A stretch of DNA of 64,000 nucleotides from Bacteroidia bacterium (GCA_044368575.1 JBIPPH010000007.1:1180-65179); one strand, 5' to 3'. Positions 39,116 to 49,667 are shown, counted from the stretch's first letter. Program-made: numbers and translations. Notes: generated from the sequence alone by a model not told the origin.

Positions 39116-39964
39116 GTGAAACACCCAATACACATAGTCCGTCCGGTCAATTTATTACTGATTGTTTTTACCATGTTTGTAGTGGTTTTTAAATACCGCG
39201 ATGAAACAAATTCAGAGTATTGGCTTCAAGCCTTTTATTTAATTGCTGCAGCCACTTTAACTGCTGCGGCTGGTTATGTAATCAATGAGATCATGGATGT
39301 TGATACAGATGCCATCAATAAACCCAATGATTGTATAGTTGGAAAGTCTTTGTCCAAAACCAATGCTTGGCTATTGTATGGCTTATTATCTACAGTTTCG
39401 CTTTTTATTGCTTATTTATTCAGTGAGGTGTTTTTGATGCTGAATCTTTGTATAACGGTGATATTGTATCTATATGCCTATATGCTAAAAGGTATGCCAC
39501 TCATTGGCAATATAATGGTGGCAGTTTGTAGTGCCGCTGTAATTGCTTGTTGTATACTTTTGATTGCATTTGAAACTGAAGCGGCAGGCTTTAACTTTAT
39601 TGGCTACATCGTGTTTGCATTTGTTATCAGTTTAATCAGAGAAATCGTCAAAGACATTCAAGACATTGAGGGGGATCAAGCAGTTGGCCTCAAAACCTAT
39701 CCTATAGTATTTGGTATTACCGGCGCCAAAATCATGATTTATATTTTAACGGGCATTGAAATTGTTGTTTGTGCCCTGTATGCCTTTTTGGCTTGGGGTT
39801 TAGATTTGTATTTGGCTTCAATCTTCATGGGCCTTATAACAGTCTTACTTTTATTGTTCATTAATCATATTTCCAAAACCCATCAAAAACATGAGTTTCA
39901 AGTGTCAAGCAAATGGCTTAAATACATCATGTTTGCCGGTGTTATTACCTTGATTTTTGCCTAA
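39116..39964 (+). CDS. UbiA-family prenyltransferase (DGGGP-synthase-like)
   Basis: 282 aa with about 8 TMs. First Asp-rich motif NEIMDVDTDAINKPN, second DIQDIEGD. N-terminal RPVNLLLI. GTG start. Confidence 0.65.
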   Translation: MKHPIHIVRPVNLLLIVFTMFVVVFKYRDETNSEYWLQAFYLIAAATLTAAAGYVINEIMDVDTDAINKPNDCIVGKSLSKTNAWLLYGLLSTVSLFIAYLFSEVFLMLNLCITVILYLYAYMLKGMPLIGNIMVAVCSAAVIACCILLIAFETEAAGFNFIGYIVFAFVISLIREIVKDIQDIEGDQAVGLKTYPIVFGITGAKIMIYILTGIEIVVCALYAFLAWGLDLYLASIFMGLITVLLLLFINHISKTHQKHEFQVSSKWLKYIMFAGVITLIFA

Positions 39965-40551
39965 TGACTAATTCGTTTTTCACGCCACAATTATTTTTGG
40001 CCTCTAAAAGCCCAAGACGCAGACAATTGCTCGTTGATAGCGGGTTTAAAGTTGATTTTGTTGATATAGATGTCGAAGAAGATTTTAATGAACAACTCAA
40101 AGCGCAAGCTATACCAGAGTTTTTAGCAGTTAAAAAAAGCAGGGCCTTTGATCAAACACTTAAAGCCAATGAATTGTTAGTAACCGCTGATACTGTTGTT
40201 TGGATAAATGATCATGTATTGAACAAACCCAATACAATAACTGAAGCTAAAGCCATGCTTATGGAATTATCTGCTTCTAAACACACTGTTTATACGGCTG
40301 TTTGTGTAAGAACTGAGTCAAAGGAAATCGTTTTTTCTGAAGCAAGTGACGTGCATTTTAACGCGCTCAGCGAATCAATGATAGACTATTATTTAGATAC
40401 CTATTCTCCATTAGACAAAGCAGGCGCTTATGGTATTCAAGAGTTTATAGGTTATGTAGGCATTAAAAAAATAGAGGGCTGCTATTATAATGTGATGGGC
40501 TTTCCTGTGAGTCGATTTATCTCGGAACTCAGCCACCATGCTATCATTTAA
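39964..40551 (+). CDS. maf: Maf-family nucleoside triphosphate pyrophosphatase
   Basis: LASKSPRRRQLL N-terminal signature and a C-terminal AGAYGIQE block. Confidence 0.9.
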   Translation: MTNSFFTPQLFLASKSPRRRQLLVDSGFKVDFVDIDVEEDFNEQLKAQAIPEFLAVKKSRAFDQTLKANELLVTADTVVWINDHVLNKPNTITEAKAMLMELSASKHTVYTAVCVRTESKEIVFSEASDVHFNALSESMIDYYLDTYSPLDKAGAYGIQEFIGYVGIKKIEGCYYNVMGFPVSRFISELSHHAII

Positions 40552-40556
40552 TTATC

Positions 40557-41660
40557 ATGAAAAGATTTAAATCATTACTTACATTGTTTTTACTGCTGCT
40601 TTTGGCAAGTGCATTAAAAGCCCAAACGCCTTGCACTTTGTCTTTAGATAGCATCTATCTTGATACTGTATTAAGCAATTGTAACCATTTGTATTTTAAA
40701 TATAAATACTCTGGCGGAACACCAGCTTCCTATAAGTGGACATATGGCGATGGCAATAGCTGTGGTTGTTTTAAACCGCATAATGCCTATAATAAAAATG
40801 CTACTTATACGGTTTGTGGCAAAATCCAAGACATCAATGGTTGTGCAGATTCTTTGTGCTTGCCCTTTACGGTTAACTGCAGCAATCCTTGTGATTTGAG
40901 CGAAATTGGTATTTATTCATATGATACCGTTAGTTATAATTGTCGAGACTACGAATTTGTGGCTTGGATCAGTGCAAATGCCAAGCGCAAAGTATGGCTT
41001 TTCGGAGATGGAGACAGCGCCAACACCACATTTGCCACCCATACTTATTTCAAGAATGGCCAATACCAAGCAAAAATGATTGTTCAAGACTCCATTGGTT
41101 GTGCAGATACCGCTAATGTGCTTGTCAATGTAGATTGTATTTCTAATTTGCCTTGCCCTTTATCTATACTTTCAATGGATACATTGAGCCTAGCTGATTG
41201 TTGGACCAAACAATTCACAGCTAAATGTTCTAAGCAACCCCTCAATGCTTGGTGGCAATATGGCGATAATGTGTCTGGAATGGCACCGCTTATTACTCAG
41301 CATACCTATAAAGATACTGGCCTATACGCAATCGCTTTGTATGTAAAAGACAGCAGTGGTTGTGCTGATACGATGTTTACCCATATGCCAGTATATTGCT
41401 CGAAAAACAATCAAGCAATTATTGGTATAAATGAAGACCATACCCTGTTGTTGTATCCGATGCCAGTTACTGATGAATTACAAATTTCTGGTGCCTATGA
41501 AGGCCAAGTTATTATTACTGATATTACAGGAAAAATCGTTTTACAGAGCACGCTCAATCAAGCTAAAGCAATACCATGTGTGCAACTTAAAGCAGGACTT
41601 TATTTAATCAATTTAGCAACAGAAAAAAGGACATATAAGTCCAAATTCATAAAGCTTTAA
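40557..41660 (+). CDS. Cys-rich PKD-like repeat protein with T9SS C-terminal domain
   Basis: Three repeats ending (I/V)QDxxGCADx. Signal peptide. CTD (LLLYPMPVTDEL...GLYLINL...). Confidence 0.65.
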   Translation: MKRFKSLLTLFLLLLLASALKAQTPCTLSLDSIYLDTVLSNCNHLYFKYKYSGGTPASYKWTYGDGNSCGCFKPHNAYNKNATYTVCGKIQDINGCADSLCLPFTVNCSNPCDLSEIGIYSYDTVSYNCRDYEFVAWISANAKRKVWLFGDGDSANTTFATHTYFKNGQYQAKMIVQDSIGCADTANVLVNVDCISNLPCPLSILSMDTLSLADCWTKQFTAKCSKQPLNAWWQYGDNVSGMAPLITQHTYKDTGLYAIALYVKDSSGCADTMFTHMPVYCSKNNQAIIGINEDHTLLLYPMPVTDELQISGAYEGQVIITDITGKIVLQSTLNQAKAIPCVQLKAGLYLINLATEKRTYKSKFIKL

Positions 41661-42262
41661 ATTTGATAAGGGACACGGGCAATAAGCGATCTGCCTAAAG
41701 TAATTTCATCTGTGTATTCCAATTCGCTACCGACGGAAATACCCTTACTGATGGTGCTTAATTTTACAGATGTGTTTTGAAGTCTTCGAGCAATGTAAAA
41801 AGCTGTTGTGTCACCCTCAACATTGGCATTAAGGGCCATAATGATTTCTTGAACAGCATCGCCTTCTAAGCGATTGATTAAGGCATCAAGATTGAGGTCT
41901 TCTGGGCCAACGCCATCTATAGGAGAGATTAAGCCGCCCAAAACATGATAAACCCCATTGTATTGACCAGTGTTTTCAATGGCCATAACATCCATGATGT
42001 CTTCTACAACACAAATGGTTTGGTGTTGTCTGTTCACACTGCTACAAATATTGCATATGGGTGTATCGCTAATATTACAGCATACAGAGCATTGCATTAA
42101 TTGGGTTTTGAGTTGAACTAAGGCCTCAGACAAGGCTTCTACCTCAGTATTTGGTCTTCTTAATAAATGCATAACCATGCGAAGAGCACTGCGTTTTCCA
42201 ACACCAGGAAATCCAGATAAGGCTTCAACCGCTTTTTCTATGGTCTTGGAAGAGAAGTGCAT
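41657..42262 (-). CDS. recR: Recombination protein RecR
   Basis: HhH N-terminus (LSGFPGVGKRSALR), C4 zinc finger (CSVCCNISDTPICNIC), and a Toprim domain. Confidence 0.9.
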   Translation of the reverse strand: MHFSSKTIEKAVEALSGFPGVGKRSALRMVMHLLRRPNTEVEALSEALVQLKTQLMQCSVCCNISDTPICNICSSVNRQHQTICVVEDIMDVMAIENTGQYNGVYHVLGGLISPIDGVGPEDLNLDALINRLEGDAVQEIIMALNANVEGDTTAFYIARRLQNTSVKLSTISKGISVGSELEYTDEITLGRSLIARVPYQI

Positions 42263-42265
42263 ACA

Positions 42266-42838
42266 CTATGGGTAAATGAAATCGAAACGACCTTCTATAC
42301 TTTTAGAATAACTGCTAGAATTAAACGTATAATAGAAAGTGGAATTACAGAACACCATGTTGTATGAGTTATTCCAACTGTTGAAATTCATATGTAAGGT
42401 GTCTGTATTGGCGGTAGCATTCAATTTAGTGCTGCCTAAACTATTGCCATTAATATTGATATAGGCTTTATTGACTCCCAAAACAGGATTGTAATTGATC
42501 ACATAATTACATGATTTGCCTTGTACAAATGGCTTTAAGCCTATAGTAACCACATCGCTATTGCTATTGGTATAAGTTATTTTGGCCTCATCGCCAGTTA
42601 AAACTATTGTTGGTTGATAGCTTGAGCCCCCATAGCTCAAATTAAAGTTCAGTAAGGCAGAACAATAAGTTGAATTCACTGAAGGGTTGCAATTTGGAAA
42701 AGTATAAGCAAGGGTGTTAGGGCTTGTGCCGCCTCCGCCAATACTGGTCATAGATGAGGCAGGTCTTGTATCTTGAATGTTATCGCATCCGAAGATTAAA
42801 CCACAGAGCATTCCAATGTAAAATAGTTGTTTTTTCAT
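42266..42838 (-). CDS. Hypothetical lipoprotein
   Basis: Lipobox LIFGC followed by DN. Asn/Ser/Thr-rich. 3 nt upstream of recR. Confidence 0.5.
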   Translation of the reverse strand: MKKQLFYIGMLCGLIFGCDNIQDTRPASSMTSIGGGGTSPNTLAYTFPNCNPSVNSTYCSALLNFNLSYGGSSYQPTIVLTGDEAKITYTNSNSDVVTIGLKPFVQGKSCNYVINYNPVLGVNKAYININGNSLGSTKLNATANTDTLHMNFNSWNNSYNMVFCNSTFYYTFNSSSYSKSIEGRFDFIYP

Positions 42839-42843
42839 AGGTA

Positions 42844-43605
42844 TTAAAAGGCTAGGCCAACACTTAAGTGAAATTGTACGGTTCTGTTTTTGGACATGTA
42901 ATAGTTCATGTGTGTTTCGTTAAAGTCTTCAATACTGCTGTATTTTGTGTCACTACTTGTATGCCAAAAATTATTAGGCAGATTAAAGGCCACTGATTTT
43001 TCTATAAACAGGTTTTTATTGAAAAAGCGTTTGCGACCAAACTCAAGACCAAATGATGATGTGTTTTGTGTTTTGTACAAGCTGTTGCCATTTGGATTTT
43101 TTTTCGTAGTAACGCCATTGCCATACTCCATTTCATCGTTGGTTACTTTTTGCCAATGTAAATTGTATTTGAATCGCATATAGGCTCCTTGAGGGGCAAT
43201 AGAGCCTAAGGCTAGGTGGTAATAGGTTTTAGCAATAAAGAAATGGTTTTCAGCAAATGAAATTCTGCCTTTGTAGGAGGTATAGCCATATGAGTTCCAT
43301 GCTGGCACAAACAAATCATTGTCTTTGTAATGAAATGCATCAAAAGAATATTCATCAATTGTTATGTTCTGGTTAGTATAACCAAAACTCACAGAGCCTC
43401 TTCTGCTAGTTACCCTTTCAAATTGAATACCTTTGCTTGGGCTGAATAATTGAAGAAAGAAATCCATATTGGGATTGACATTGGCTTGTGCAGTGAGGCT
43501 AATACAATTTTTAGACCCCAAAAAACCAGGTATGCTTTTGCCATTTTGGGCTATTATAGCATTAGGAGCAATGACGATGAAGAGAAGGGCTATAAACTTA
43601 TTCAT
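42844..43605 (-). CDS. Hypothetical outer-membrane beta-barrel protein
   Basis: Signal peptide. Alternating aromatic/polar pattern. The C-terminal residue is Phe (…SVGLAF), typical of OMPs. Confidence 0.5.
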   Translation of the reverse strand: MNKFIALLFIVIAPNAIIAQNGKSIPGFLGSKNCISLTAQANVNPNMDFFLQLFSPSKGIQFERVTSRRGSVSFGYTNQNITIDEYSFDAFHYKDNDLFVPAWNSYGYTSYKGRISFAENHFFIAKTYYHLALGSIAPQGAYMRFKYNLHWQKVTNDEMEYGNGVTTKKNPNGNSLYKTQNTSSFGLEFGRKRFFNKNLFIEKSVAFNLPNNFWHTSSDTKYSSIEDFNETHMNYYMSKNRTVQFHLSVGLAF

Positions 43606-45880
43606 GAGCTGGTTTGGTTTTAATTTGGTTAAACAAGGCGTAAATCTGGTTATTTAAATAGTCTTTGCGGTTGTATTTAAATCTAAAGGTGTTATTACTG
43701 CTGTATAGGATTTTACTTGTCTCGACGTCGAAAACAACCGATGACAAATTAAAGCGGTAGATTTTTTTGAATTGGTCGTAGAGGTAAAATGGTAAGGTTG
43801 GGTAAAGAATTAAACTGTAAACCAAAGTTACACCGTTAAATTCATTCTTTTCAATGGTATAATTGATCCCGGAAATAAACACTTTAGAAGTGCCAATGGT
43901 TTTAGCTGTTGCTTGCGTTTCTTTAGCATTAAACAATACTAATTTAGGCGCAGTATTGTTCATGCGTTCGGTTAACCATTCCATTAAAATGGTAAAGTGA
44001 TTAAGGGTGGTAGTGTTGAGGTTCTTTTTGTCTGCAATGTTTAAGGGGAAAGCTGAGATTTCATTGGTTTTAGCCATGTCTTCATACAATTTACCCAATT
44101 TAATTTCTTCACTTTCGTTGAACATTAAATCTTGTTTTGCAGAAGATGAAATGGTGACTTTAGTGAAGTTAGGACTCACTAAAATCATAGAATCAATGCC
44201 GCCTAAAATACCATTGCGTTTACGCCAACGTCTGATTTTATTTTCATTAATATCTTTGTTTTTTTCTCCCTCATCAGCAGTTTTAGCTTCAGTAACAAAT
44301 ATGGAAGCTGATTTTAATGTTTTGCGGAAGGATTCGTTCTTCAATTGCTCAAAGAAGCCCCACTTAGCGTAGTCTTTATTAGTGGTAGAAGCAATAATAG
44401 CGTTGTCTTCGTTATCGGTCTGCTCCTGGATTTTTTGCTTTAATTTTAGTTTTTCAACCTTGCTCAAGCCATCAATATTGATATTGGTATCATTGAGGCT
44501 AACAGTGCTTTTTGCGGAGTCCAGTTTGTCTCTAAAAAAGCTGAATTTTAAATCTGTTTCAGAAAATAAATTCTGACAAGCCTGATCAAATAGTTGTTGG
44601 CAGAAGGCATCATTTGGATTCAATTGAAGCGCTTTCCAAGTTTCTCTTACCGTTAAAACATGCAATTCTTCCTCATTCAGTTTGTTAAAGAAGTAGGTCA
44701 CATTGTAAAATGCCCCTTCAGCATTGTCGCTGAATTCTTCGCCCAAGTTGTTCTTATCACTTTTGTTCTTTTTCAAACTCTTAGCGTAAATACTATAGGC
44801 AGCAATTTTGGACGCAAAGGCATTGTCTTTGTATATGTTTTGATAAAGGAAAGCTAAATAATAGGCCTTCTTGTATTGCGCATGGTTGAATAGGATGTAA
44901 AACAACTCAATTCTGGCTTGTTGTTGAATCGCTTTGAAATAGTCATTACCCAAGAATTCATTTACATTGCTTTTGTTGTTTTCGATTTGCAATAAATCTT
45001 CAACATTGGCTCTGCGTTTGCGTACGTTAGGGTGGGTTGATTTTTCATCATCCTCTGCTTCGTCTGCGCTAATTTCTTTTGATTTTTTGGGCGTATAACT
45101 CACTGGGAATTTATACAAAGAATCTTCTAATAGTTGTTTGCCCCAATCAATTTCATCATAAGGTAAATAAGAGTAGAGCAACATATCAAAACTACTAAGG
45201 GCAGCTTTAGCTGAGTAACCGGCCTCTAAATATAGTTTTAAGCCTTCTTTGTCGGCTTCAAATTCATTTTCTTTAGAATAGTTGTAGAGCTGTTCAATTT
45301 TTTCATCAAAATCTAAACTCTTGAATTTGCCTTTGCCCTTTATAACATCATTCTTTTTCTTAAAGCTTTCTAAAGTGTGTTTTTTTGTATAGTGCGATAT
45401 TTCATGACACAAGACATAAGCCAACTGGGCTTCATTTTCTATTTGACTTAAAAAACCAACGGTTACAAATATGATGCCTTGGTTGGTCGAAAACGCATTA
45501 ACACTGTAAGATTTTAAAACATAAAAACGCAGCTCAGATCTTAATTTAGGTTGGTCTTTTAAAACCTTATCGGCTACTTTGTTGATGTAAATACTCAAAG
45601 GGTCGCCATATAGCACCTTGCCGCTGAATAAAATATCATCAATGCCAAAATTGGAGTTTAATGCAAATTCTTTTTCAATGGCTTTCTCTTTTTTAGAAAT
45701 CTTCTTACTGTTGATTTTTCTTTGTTCATTGATGACTTTGTCAGTGCTGAGTTTGAGAAAATCATTAGGAATAGTGCCAGAGCAACGCAATGCATTGTAT
45801 TGAACTGTGTGCTGGGCAGATAAGTTTAGCTGCACTGTAAACAGGGCTAAAAACATCAAAAATAGTGATCTGTTTTTCAT
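43598..45880 (-). CDS. M48-like zinc metallopeptidase domain protein with a long C-terminal extension
   Basis: Signal peptide. HEISH (HExxH) at about residue 160 and a downstream NEFEAD third-ligand Glu, as in the M48/Ste24 family. The C-terminal domain of about 550 aa is unassigned. Start set at the ATG at 45880. Confidence 0.6.
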   Translation of the reverse strand: MKNRSLFLMFLALFTVQLNLSAQHTVQYNALRCSGTIPNDFLKLSTDKVINEQRKINSKKISKKEKAIEKEFALNSNFGIDDILFSGKVLYGDPLSIYINKVADKVLKDQPKLRSELRFYVLKSYSVNAFSTNQGIIFVTVGFLSQIENEAQLAYVLCHEISHYTKKHTLESFKKKNDVIKGKGKFKSLDFDEKIEQLYNYSKENEFEADKEGLKLYLEAGYSAKAALSSFDMLLYSYLPYDEIDWGKQLLEDSLYKFPVSYTPKKSKEISADEAEDDEKSTHPNVRKRRANVEDLLQIENNKSNVNEFLGNDYFKAIQQQARIELFYILFNHAQYKKAYYLAFLYQNIYKDNAFASKIAAYSIYAKSLKKNKSDKNNLGEEFSDNAEGAFYNVTYFFNKLNEEELHVLTVRETWKALQLNPNDAFCQQLFDQACQNLFSETDLKFSFFRDKLDSAKSTVSLNDTNINIDGLSKVEKLKLKQKIQEQTDNEDNAIIASTTNKDYAKWGFFEQLKNESFRKTLKSASIFVTEAKTADEGEKNKDINENKIRRWRKRNGILGGIDSMILVSPNFTKVTISSSAKQDLMFNESEEIKLGKLYEDMAKTNEISAFPLNIADKKNLNTTTLNHFTILMEWLTERMNNTAPKLVLFNAKETQATAKTIGTSKVFISGINYTIEKNEFNGVTLVYSLILYPTLPFYLYDQFKKIYRFNLSSVVFDVETSKILYSSNNTFRFKYNRKDYLNNQIYALFNQIKTKPAHE

Positions 45881-45922
45881 TAAAAAATAAGCTAACAATG
45901 ATACTTAAAAAAGCTGTAAAAT

Positions 45923-47068
45923 TTAGCGGTCAATAAAATATTCTTTGCCTTTAGTATCTATAAATCCAAAACGGCCATTCAATACAACCAAAGCAACATT
46001 GTTTTTAAATGGATTGATAGCAGTGTATTTAGGCGCAATAACGGTTTTACCAGATTGATTAATGAATCCCCAATAGCCTTCTTTATTTTTAAAGGCTAAC
46101 AAGCCATTGTTGAATTGGCCTACTTGCAATGGTTTTTGTTGAAATTGACTCATCACCCAATAGTCTTTATCCACTATTCTAATATCGGACATATACACCC
46201 CAAGCGCTCCTAAAAACAGAGAGTCACCCAATTGTTTTGCAGCTGAATACAGAGGCGAAAACCTTTTTTTTCTATCAATAAAATAGTAATCCCAACCCAA
46301 TTCATTTCGGCTTTTTACTATGGCTTTTCCATCTTTAAAACCTGCCTCAATGTCAATGTATTCAGAATAGTCAATGGAGTCATTTACAAAGTGACTCATT
46401 GCAATTTGGCCATTGCTATCAATGAATTCTAGAAAATAAGTGGGTATTTTTTGGTGCAAACAGTTGTATTGTTTTTTCACATAAACTGGCGCCAAGCCTT
46501 CGCTGAATAGCCCTGCTATCTGTATAGAATCTGCTAATTTTAAGAGGTTACCATTCTTTTTAATCAAATGGTATTTACCTTGTTTCATCACCATTAAATG
46601 TCCATCTTGGAAATGGCCATTTGAGGTATCAAAAGCAATGGTTGGTACAATGTTGCCAAAGCTATTGATGATGTGTAAAGTCTTATTGAAAGAGACTACA
46701 GCCAAACCTTCAGAGAAGGATTCTGCAGCATCAAATGTTCTATTAAATACAACTTGACCTTGGTGGTTGATATATTCACATTGATCATTGGCTAAAACCA
46801 CATTACAAAAACCATTGGCAAATTGACCGTGGGCTTTATAGGTGTTTGATATTTTTTCGCCCTTCTCATTGATGAGGTGGTACAAACTATCCTTATAAAC
46901 AAAGGCTGATCCATTCTCGAATCTGTCTGTAAAGTCATAAACCATGGGGATTTTAAGCCGCAGATTGCTATCAGCATAACCCCAGATATTATTGATTCTA
47001 AAAGGAATTAATTGGGCCATACATTGGCCACCAACAATCAAACATAAAAACAGAATGCGGAAGTTCAT
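45923..47068 (-). CDS. WG-repeat containing protein
   Basis: Repeated GxWGFI(N/D)xxGK units (IWGYADSN, GYWGFINQSGK, GRFGFIDTKGK). Signal peptide. Confidence 0.6.
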   Translation of the reverse strand: MNFRILFLCLIVGGQCMAQLIPFRINNIWGYADSNLRLKIPMVYDFTDRFENGSAFVYKDSLYHLINEKGEKISNTYKAHGQFANGFCNVVLANDQCEYINHQGQVVFNRTFDAAESFSEGLAVVSFNKTLHIINSFGNIVPTIAFDTSNGHFQDGHLMVMKQGKYHLIKKNGNLLKLADSIQIAGLFSEGLAPVYVKKQYNCLHQKIPTYFLEFIDSNGQIAMSHFVNDSIDYSEYIDIEAGFKDGKAIVKSRNELGWDYYFIDRKKRFSPLYSAAKQLGDSLFLGALGVYMSDIRIVDKDYWVMSQFQQKPLQVGQFNNGLLAFKNKEGYWGFINQSGKTVIAPKYTAINPFKNNVALVVLNGRFGFIDTKGKEYFIDR

Positions 47069-47092
47069 GGAGTATAAGACCCGTTTTTTACA

Positions 47093-47500
47093 TTAAGGTT
47101 GCTTGATGGCGGAACAAATCTCAACTAAAACACTGTTGGTACTTTTGGGGTGAATAAAAGCAATGGATTGTTGATCTGCGCCAGGCTTAGCTGCTGAATG
47201 AATCATGTCAAAACCTTGGCCCAAAAGGCGTTCAATTTCAGTGTTTGTATCGTTTACGCCAAAGGCAATATGGTGAATGCCTTCGCCTTTTTTTTCAATA
47301 AATTTGGCAATTGGACTTTCAGCATGGGTGGCCTGAAGCAATTCTATTTTGGTTTCGCCTACCATAAAAAAACTGGTGATCACACCTTCGCTCTCAACGA
47401 TTTCCATTTTATAGGGTTGGACGTTCAGCAGTTGGCTAAATAAGGCATTGGATTGTTCAATATCTTTTACAGCTATTCCAATGTGCTCAATTTTATTCAT
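47093..47500 (-). CDS. mce: Methylmalonyl-CoA epimerase (VOC/glyoxalase family)
   Basis: N-terminus KIEHIGIAVKDIE and C-terminal HIAF..D motifs. Start set at the internal ATG (135 aa, canonical length). The ORF-track extension is hydrophobic junk. Confidence 0.75.
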   Translation of the reverse strand: MNKIEHIGIAVKDIEQSNALFSQLLNVQPYKMEIVESEGVITSFFMVGETKIELLQATHAESPIAKFIEKKGEGIHHIAFGVNDTNTEIERLLGQGFDMIHSAAKPGADQQSIAFIHPKSTNSVLVEICSAIKQP

Positions 47501-47660
47501 AGTACAAAAATGCTCTAATCCTATTGGATTTACAAGCAGAATCGGAATTTTTAAACCAGTCAATTTTATAGATATTCTCGATAAAGATTTCAATAAAAAT
47601 TGTTGATTTTTAAGTTCTTTGGCTTAAATTTGCATGTTAGAATTAGTCTAAATAAGAATT

Positions 47661-48875
47661 ATGTTAAAACTGCCAATATACCTTGACAACAATGCTACCA
47701 CACCCATGGACCCAAGAGTACTTGAGGCCATGTTGCCATATTTTACAGAGCATTTTGGCAATGCGGCTAGCCGAAATCACAGTTTTGGTTGGCAGGCAGA
47801 AGAGGCAGTTGATTATGCCAGAGAGCAAATAGCTAAATTGATTCATGCGGATGCTAAAGAAATCATTTTCACTAGCGGTGCTACAGAATCTAATAACTTA
47901 GCCATCAAAGGTGTTTTTGAAATGTATGCTGAGAAAGGCAATCATTTTATCACCGTTACGACTGAACACAAAGCCATTTTGGACACCTGTAAACACATTG
48001 AAAAATTAGGGGCAGAGGTAACTTACTTAGAACCTGCAACTGATGGCTTAATTACAGTTGAACAAGTAGCAAGTGCTATAAAACCTAATACAGTATTGGT
48101 AACAGTCATGTATGCCAATAACGAAATAGGGGTCATTCAACCAATCAAAGCCATTGCTGAATTGTGTAAATCAAAAGGTATATTATTTCATACCGATGCC
48201 ACTCAAGCAGTAGGCAAAATTCCTGTAGATGTTATGGCCGATGGCATAGATTTGATGAGTTTTACGGCTCACAAAATGTATGGTCCTAAAGGCGTAGGTG
48301 CATTGTACGTTAGACGCAAAAATCCAAGGGTTAAAGTAACAGCCCAAATGGATGGTGGCGGCCACGAACGTGGTATGCGAAGTGGTACAATCAATGTGAC
48401 TGGTATAGTAGGTTTTGGCAAAGCATGCGAATTGTGCCAACAAGATATGGCGCAAGACACTGAACGCATCATTAAAATGCGCAACAGACTTGAAGCTTCT
48501 CTTTCTGAATTAGAAGAATCATACATCAATGGCAATATTGAGCACCGTCTACCACATCTTAGCAATATGTCTTTCAAGTATGTTGAAGGCGAAGGCTTAA
48601 TTATGGGTGTAAAAAACATTGCAGTTTCTTCTGGTTCAGCTTGTACCAGTGCTAGTTTAGAGCCAAGTTACGTATTAAAAGCATTGGGCCTTGATGATGA
48701 ATTGGCGCACTCTTCACTCAGATTTGGTCTTAGCAGATTTACTACAGACGAAGAAATTGACTACGCTATCAATCACGTTAAAGAAGCGGTTATTAAACTC
48801 AGAGAAATGAGCCCACTTTGGGAAATGTTTAAAGAGGGCATTGACCTCAAAACCATTCAATGGGCAGAACATTAA
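47661..48875 (+). CDS. iscS: Cysteine desulfurase IscS
   Basis: [24 protein letters not shown] (PLP-Lys) and SSGSACTS (active Cys) motifs. Confidence 0.9.
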   Translation: MLKLPIYLDNNATTPMDPRVLEAMLPYFTEHFGNAASRNHSFGWQAEEAVDYAREQIAKLIHADAKEIIFTSGATESNNLAIKGVFEMYAEKGNHFITVTTEHKAILDTCKHIEKLGAEVTYLEPATDGLITVEQVASAIKPNTVLVTVMYANNEIGVIQPIKAIAELCKSKGILFHTDATQAVGKIPVDVMADGIDLMSFTAHKMYGPKGVGALYVRRKNPRVKVTAQMDGGGHERGMRSGTINVTGIVGFGKACELCQQDMAQDTERIIKMRNRLEASLSELEESYINGNIEHRLPHLSNMSFKYVEGEGLIMGVKNIAVSSGSACTSASLEPSYVLKALGLDDELAHSSLRFGLSRFTTDEEIDYAINHVKEAVIKLREMSPLWEMFKEGIDLKTIQWAEH

Positions 48876-48903
48876 TTAACAATACTATTAAAACAAAAAC
48901 ATT

Positions 48904-49320
48904 ATGGCATATTCAGAAAAAGTCATCGATCATTATAGCAATCCAAGAAACATTGGAACACTTGACAAAGCTAGCAAACAAGTAGGAACTGGTTTGGTTG
49001 GCGCACCAGAGTGTGGCGACGTTATGCGTTTGCAAATTGAAGTAGATGAAGTGACTGGCATCATCAAAGATGCTAAATTCAAAACCTTTGGTTGCGGAAG
49101 TGCAATTGCTTCTTCAAGTTTAGCTACTGAGTGGTTAAAAGGTAAAAGCGTTGATGAAGCTTTGCAAATTGATAACATGGACATCGTTGAAGAGTTAGCT
49201 TTGCCACCGGTTAAAATCCATTGCAGTGTATTGGCAGAAGATGCCATTAAATCCGCTATTAACGATTACAGAGCTAAGAATGGATTAAGTCCAATAGAAG
49301 ACAACAAAAAACATTATTAA
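48904..49320 (+). CDS. iscU: Fe-S cluster scaffold IscU
   Basis: GAPECGDVMRLQ and FKTFGCGSAIASSS motifs, and the LPPVKIHCS conserved Cys. Confidence 0.9.
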   Translation: MAYSEKVIDHYSNPRNIGTLDKASKQVGTGLVGAPECGDVMRLQIEVDEVTGIIKDAKFKTFGCGSAIASSSLATEWLKGKSVDEALQIDNMDIVEELALPPVKIHCSVLAEDAIKSAINDYRAKNGLSPIEDNKKHY

Positions 49321-49324
49321 TCAC

Positions 49325-49660
49325 ATGTCAGCTGGAATTACAATTACAGAAAGTGCAGTGAATAAAGTGCACCAATTAATGGCCGAAGAAAACATGGGCC
49401 CAGATTATTTTGTAAGGGTATCTGTTAAAGGGGGTGGTTGCAGTGGCTTGAGCTATGATCTAGATTTTGATAATGAATCAAAAGACAATGATCAGACCTT
49501 TATTCACGGCGATGTTAAAATCGTTTGCGACCTCAAAAGCTATTTGTATTTAGCGGGTACAGAATTAGATTTTACCGATGGTTTAAATGGCAAGGGTTTC
49601 AACTTTATTAACCCTAATGCTAAAAGAACTTGTGGTTGCGGTGAAAGTTTTGCTGTATAA
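49325..49660 (+). CDS. iscA: Fe-S cluster assembly A-type carrier (IscA/HesB family)
   Basis: GGGCSGLSY and C-terminal CGCGESF motifs. Confidence 0.8.
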   Translation: MSAGITITESAVNKVHQLMAEENMGPDYFVRVSVKGGGCSGLSYDLDFDNESKDNDQTFIHGDVKIVCDLKSYLYLAGTELDFTDGLNGKGFNFINPNAKRTCGCGESFAV

Positions 49661-49667
49661 TTGAAAC

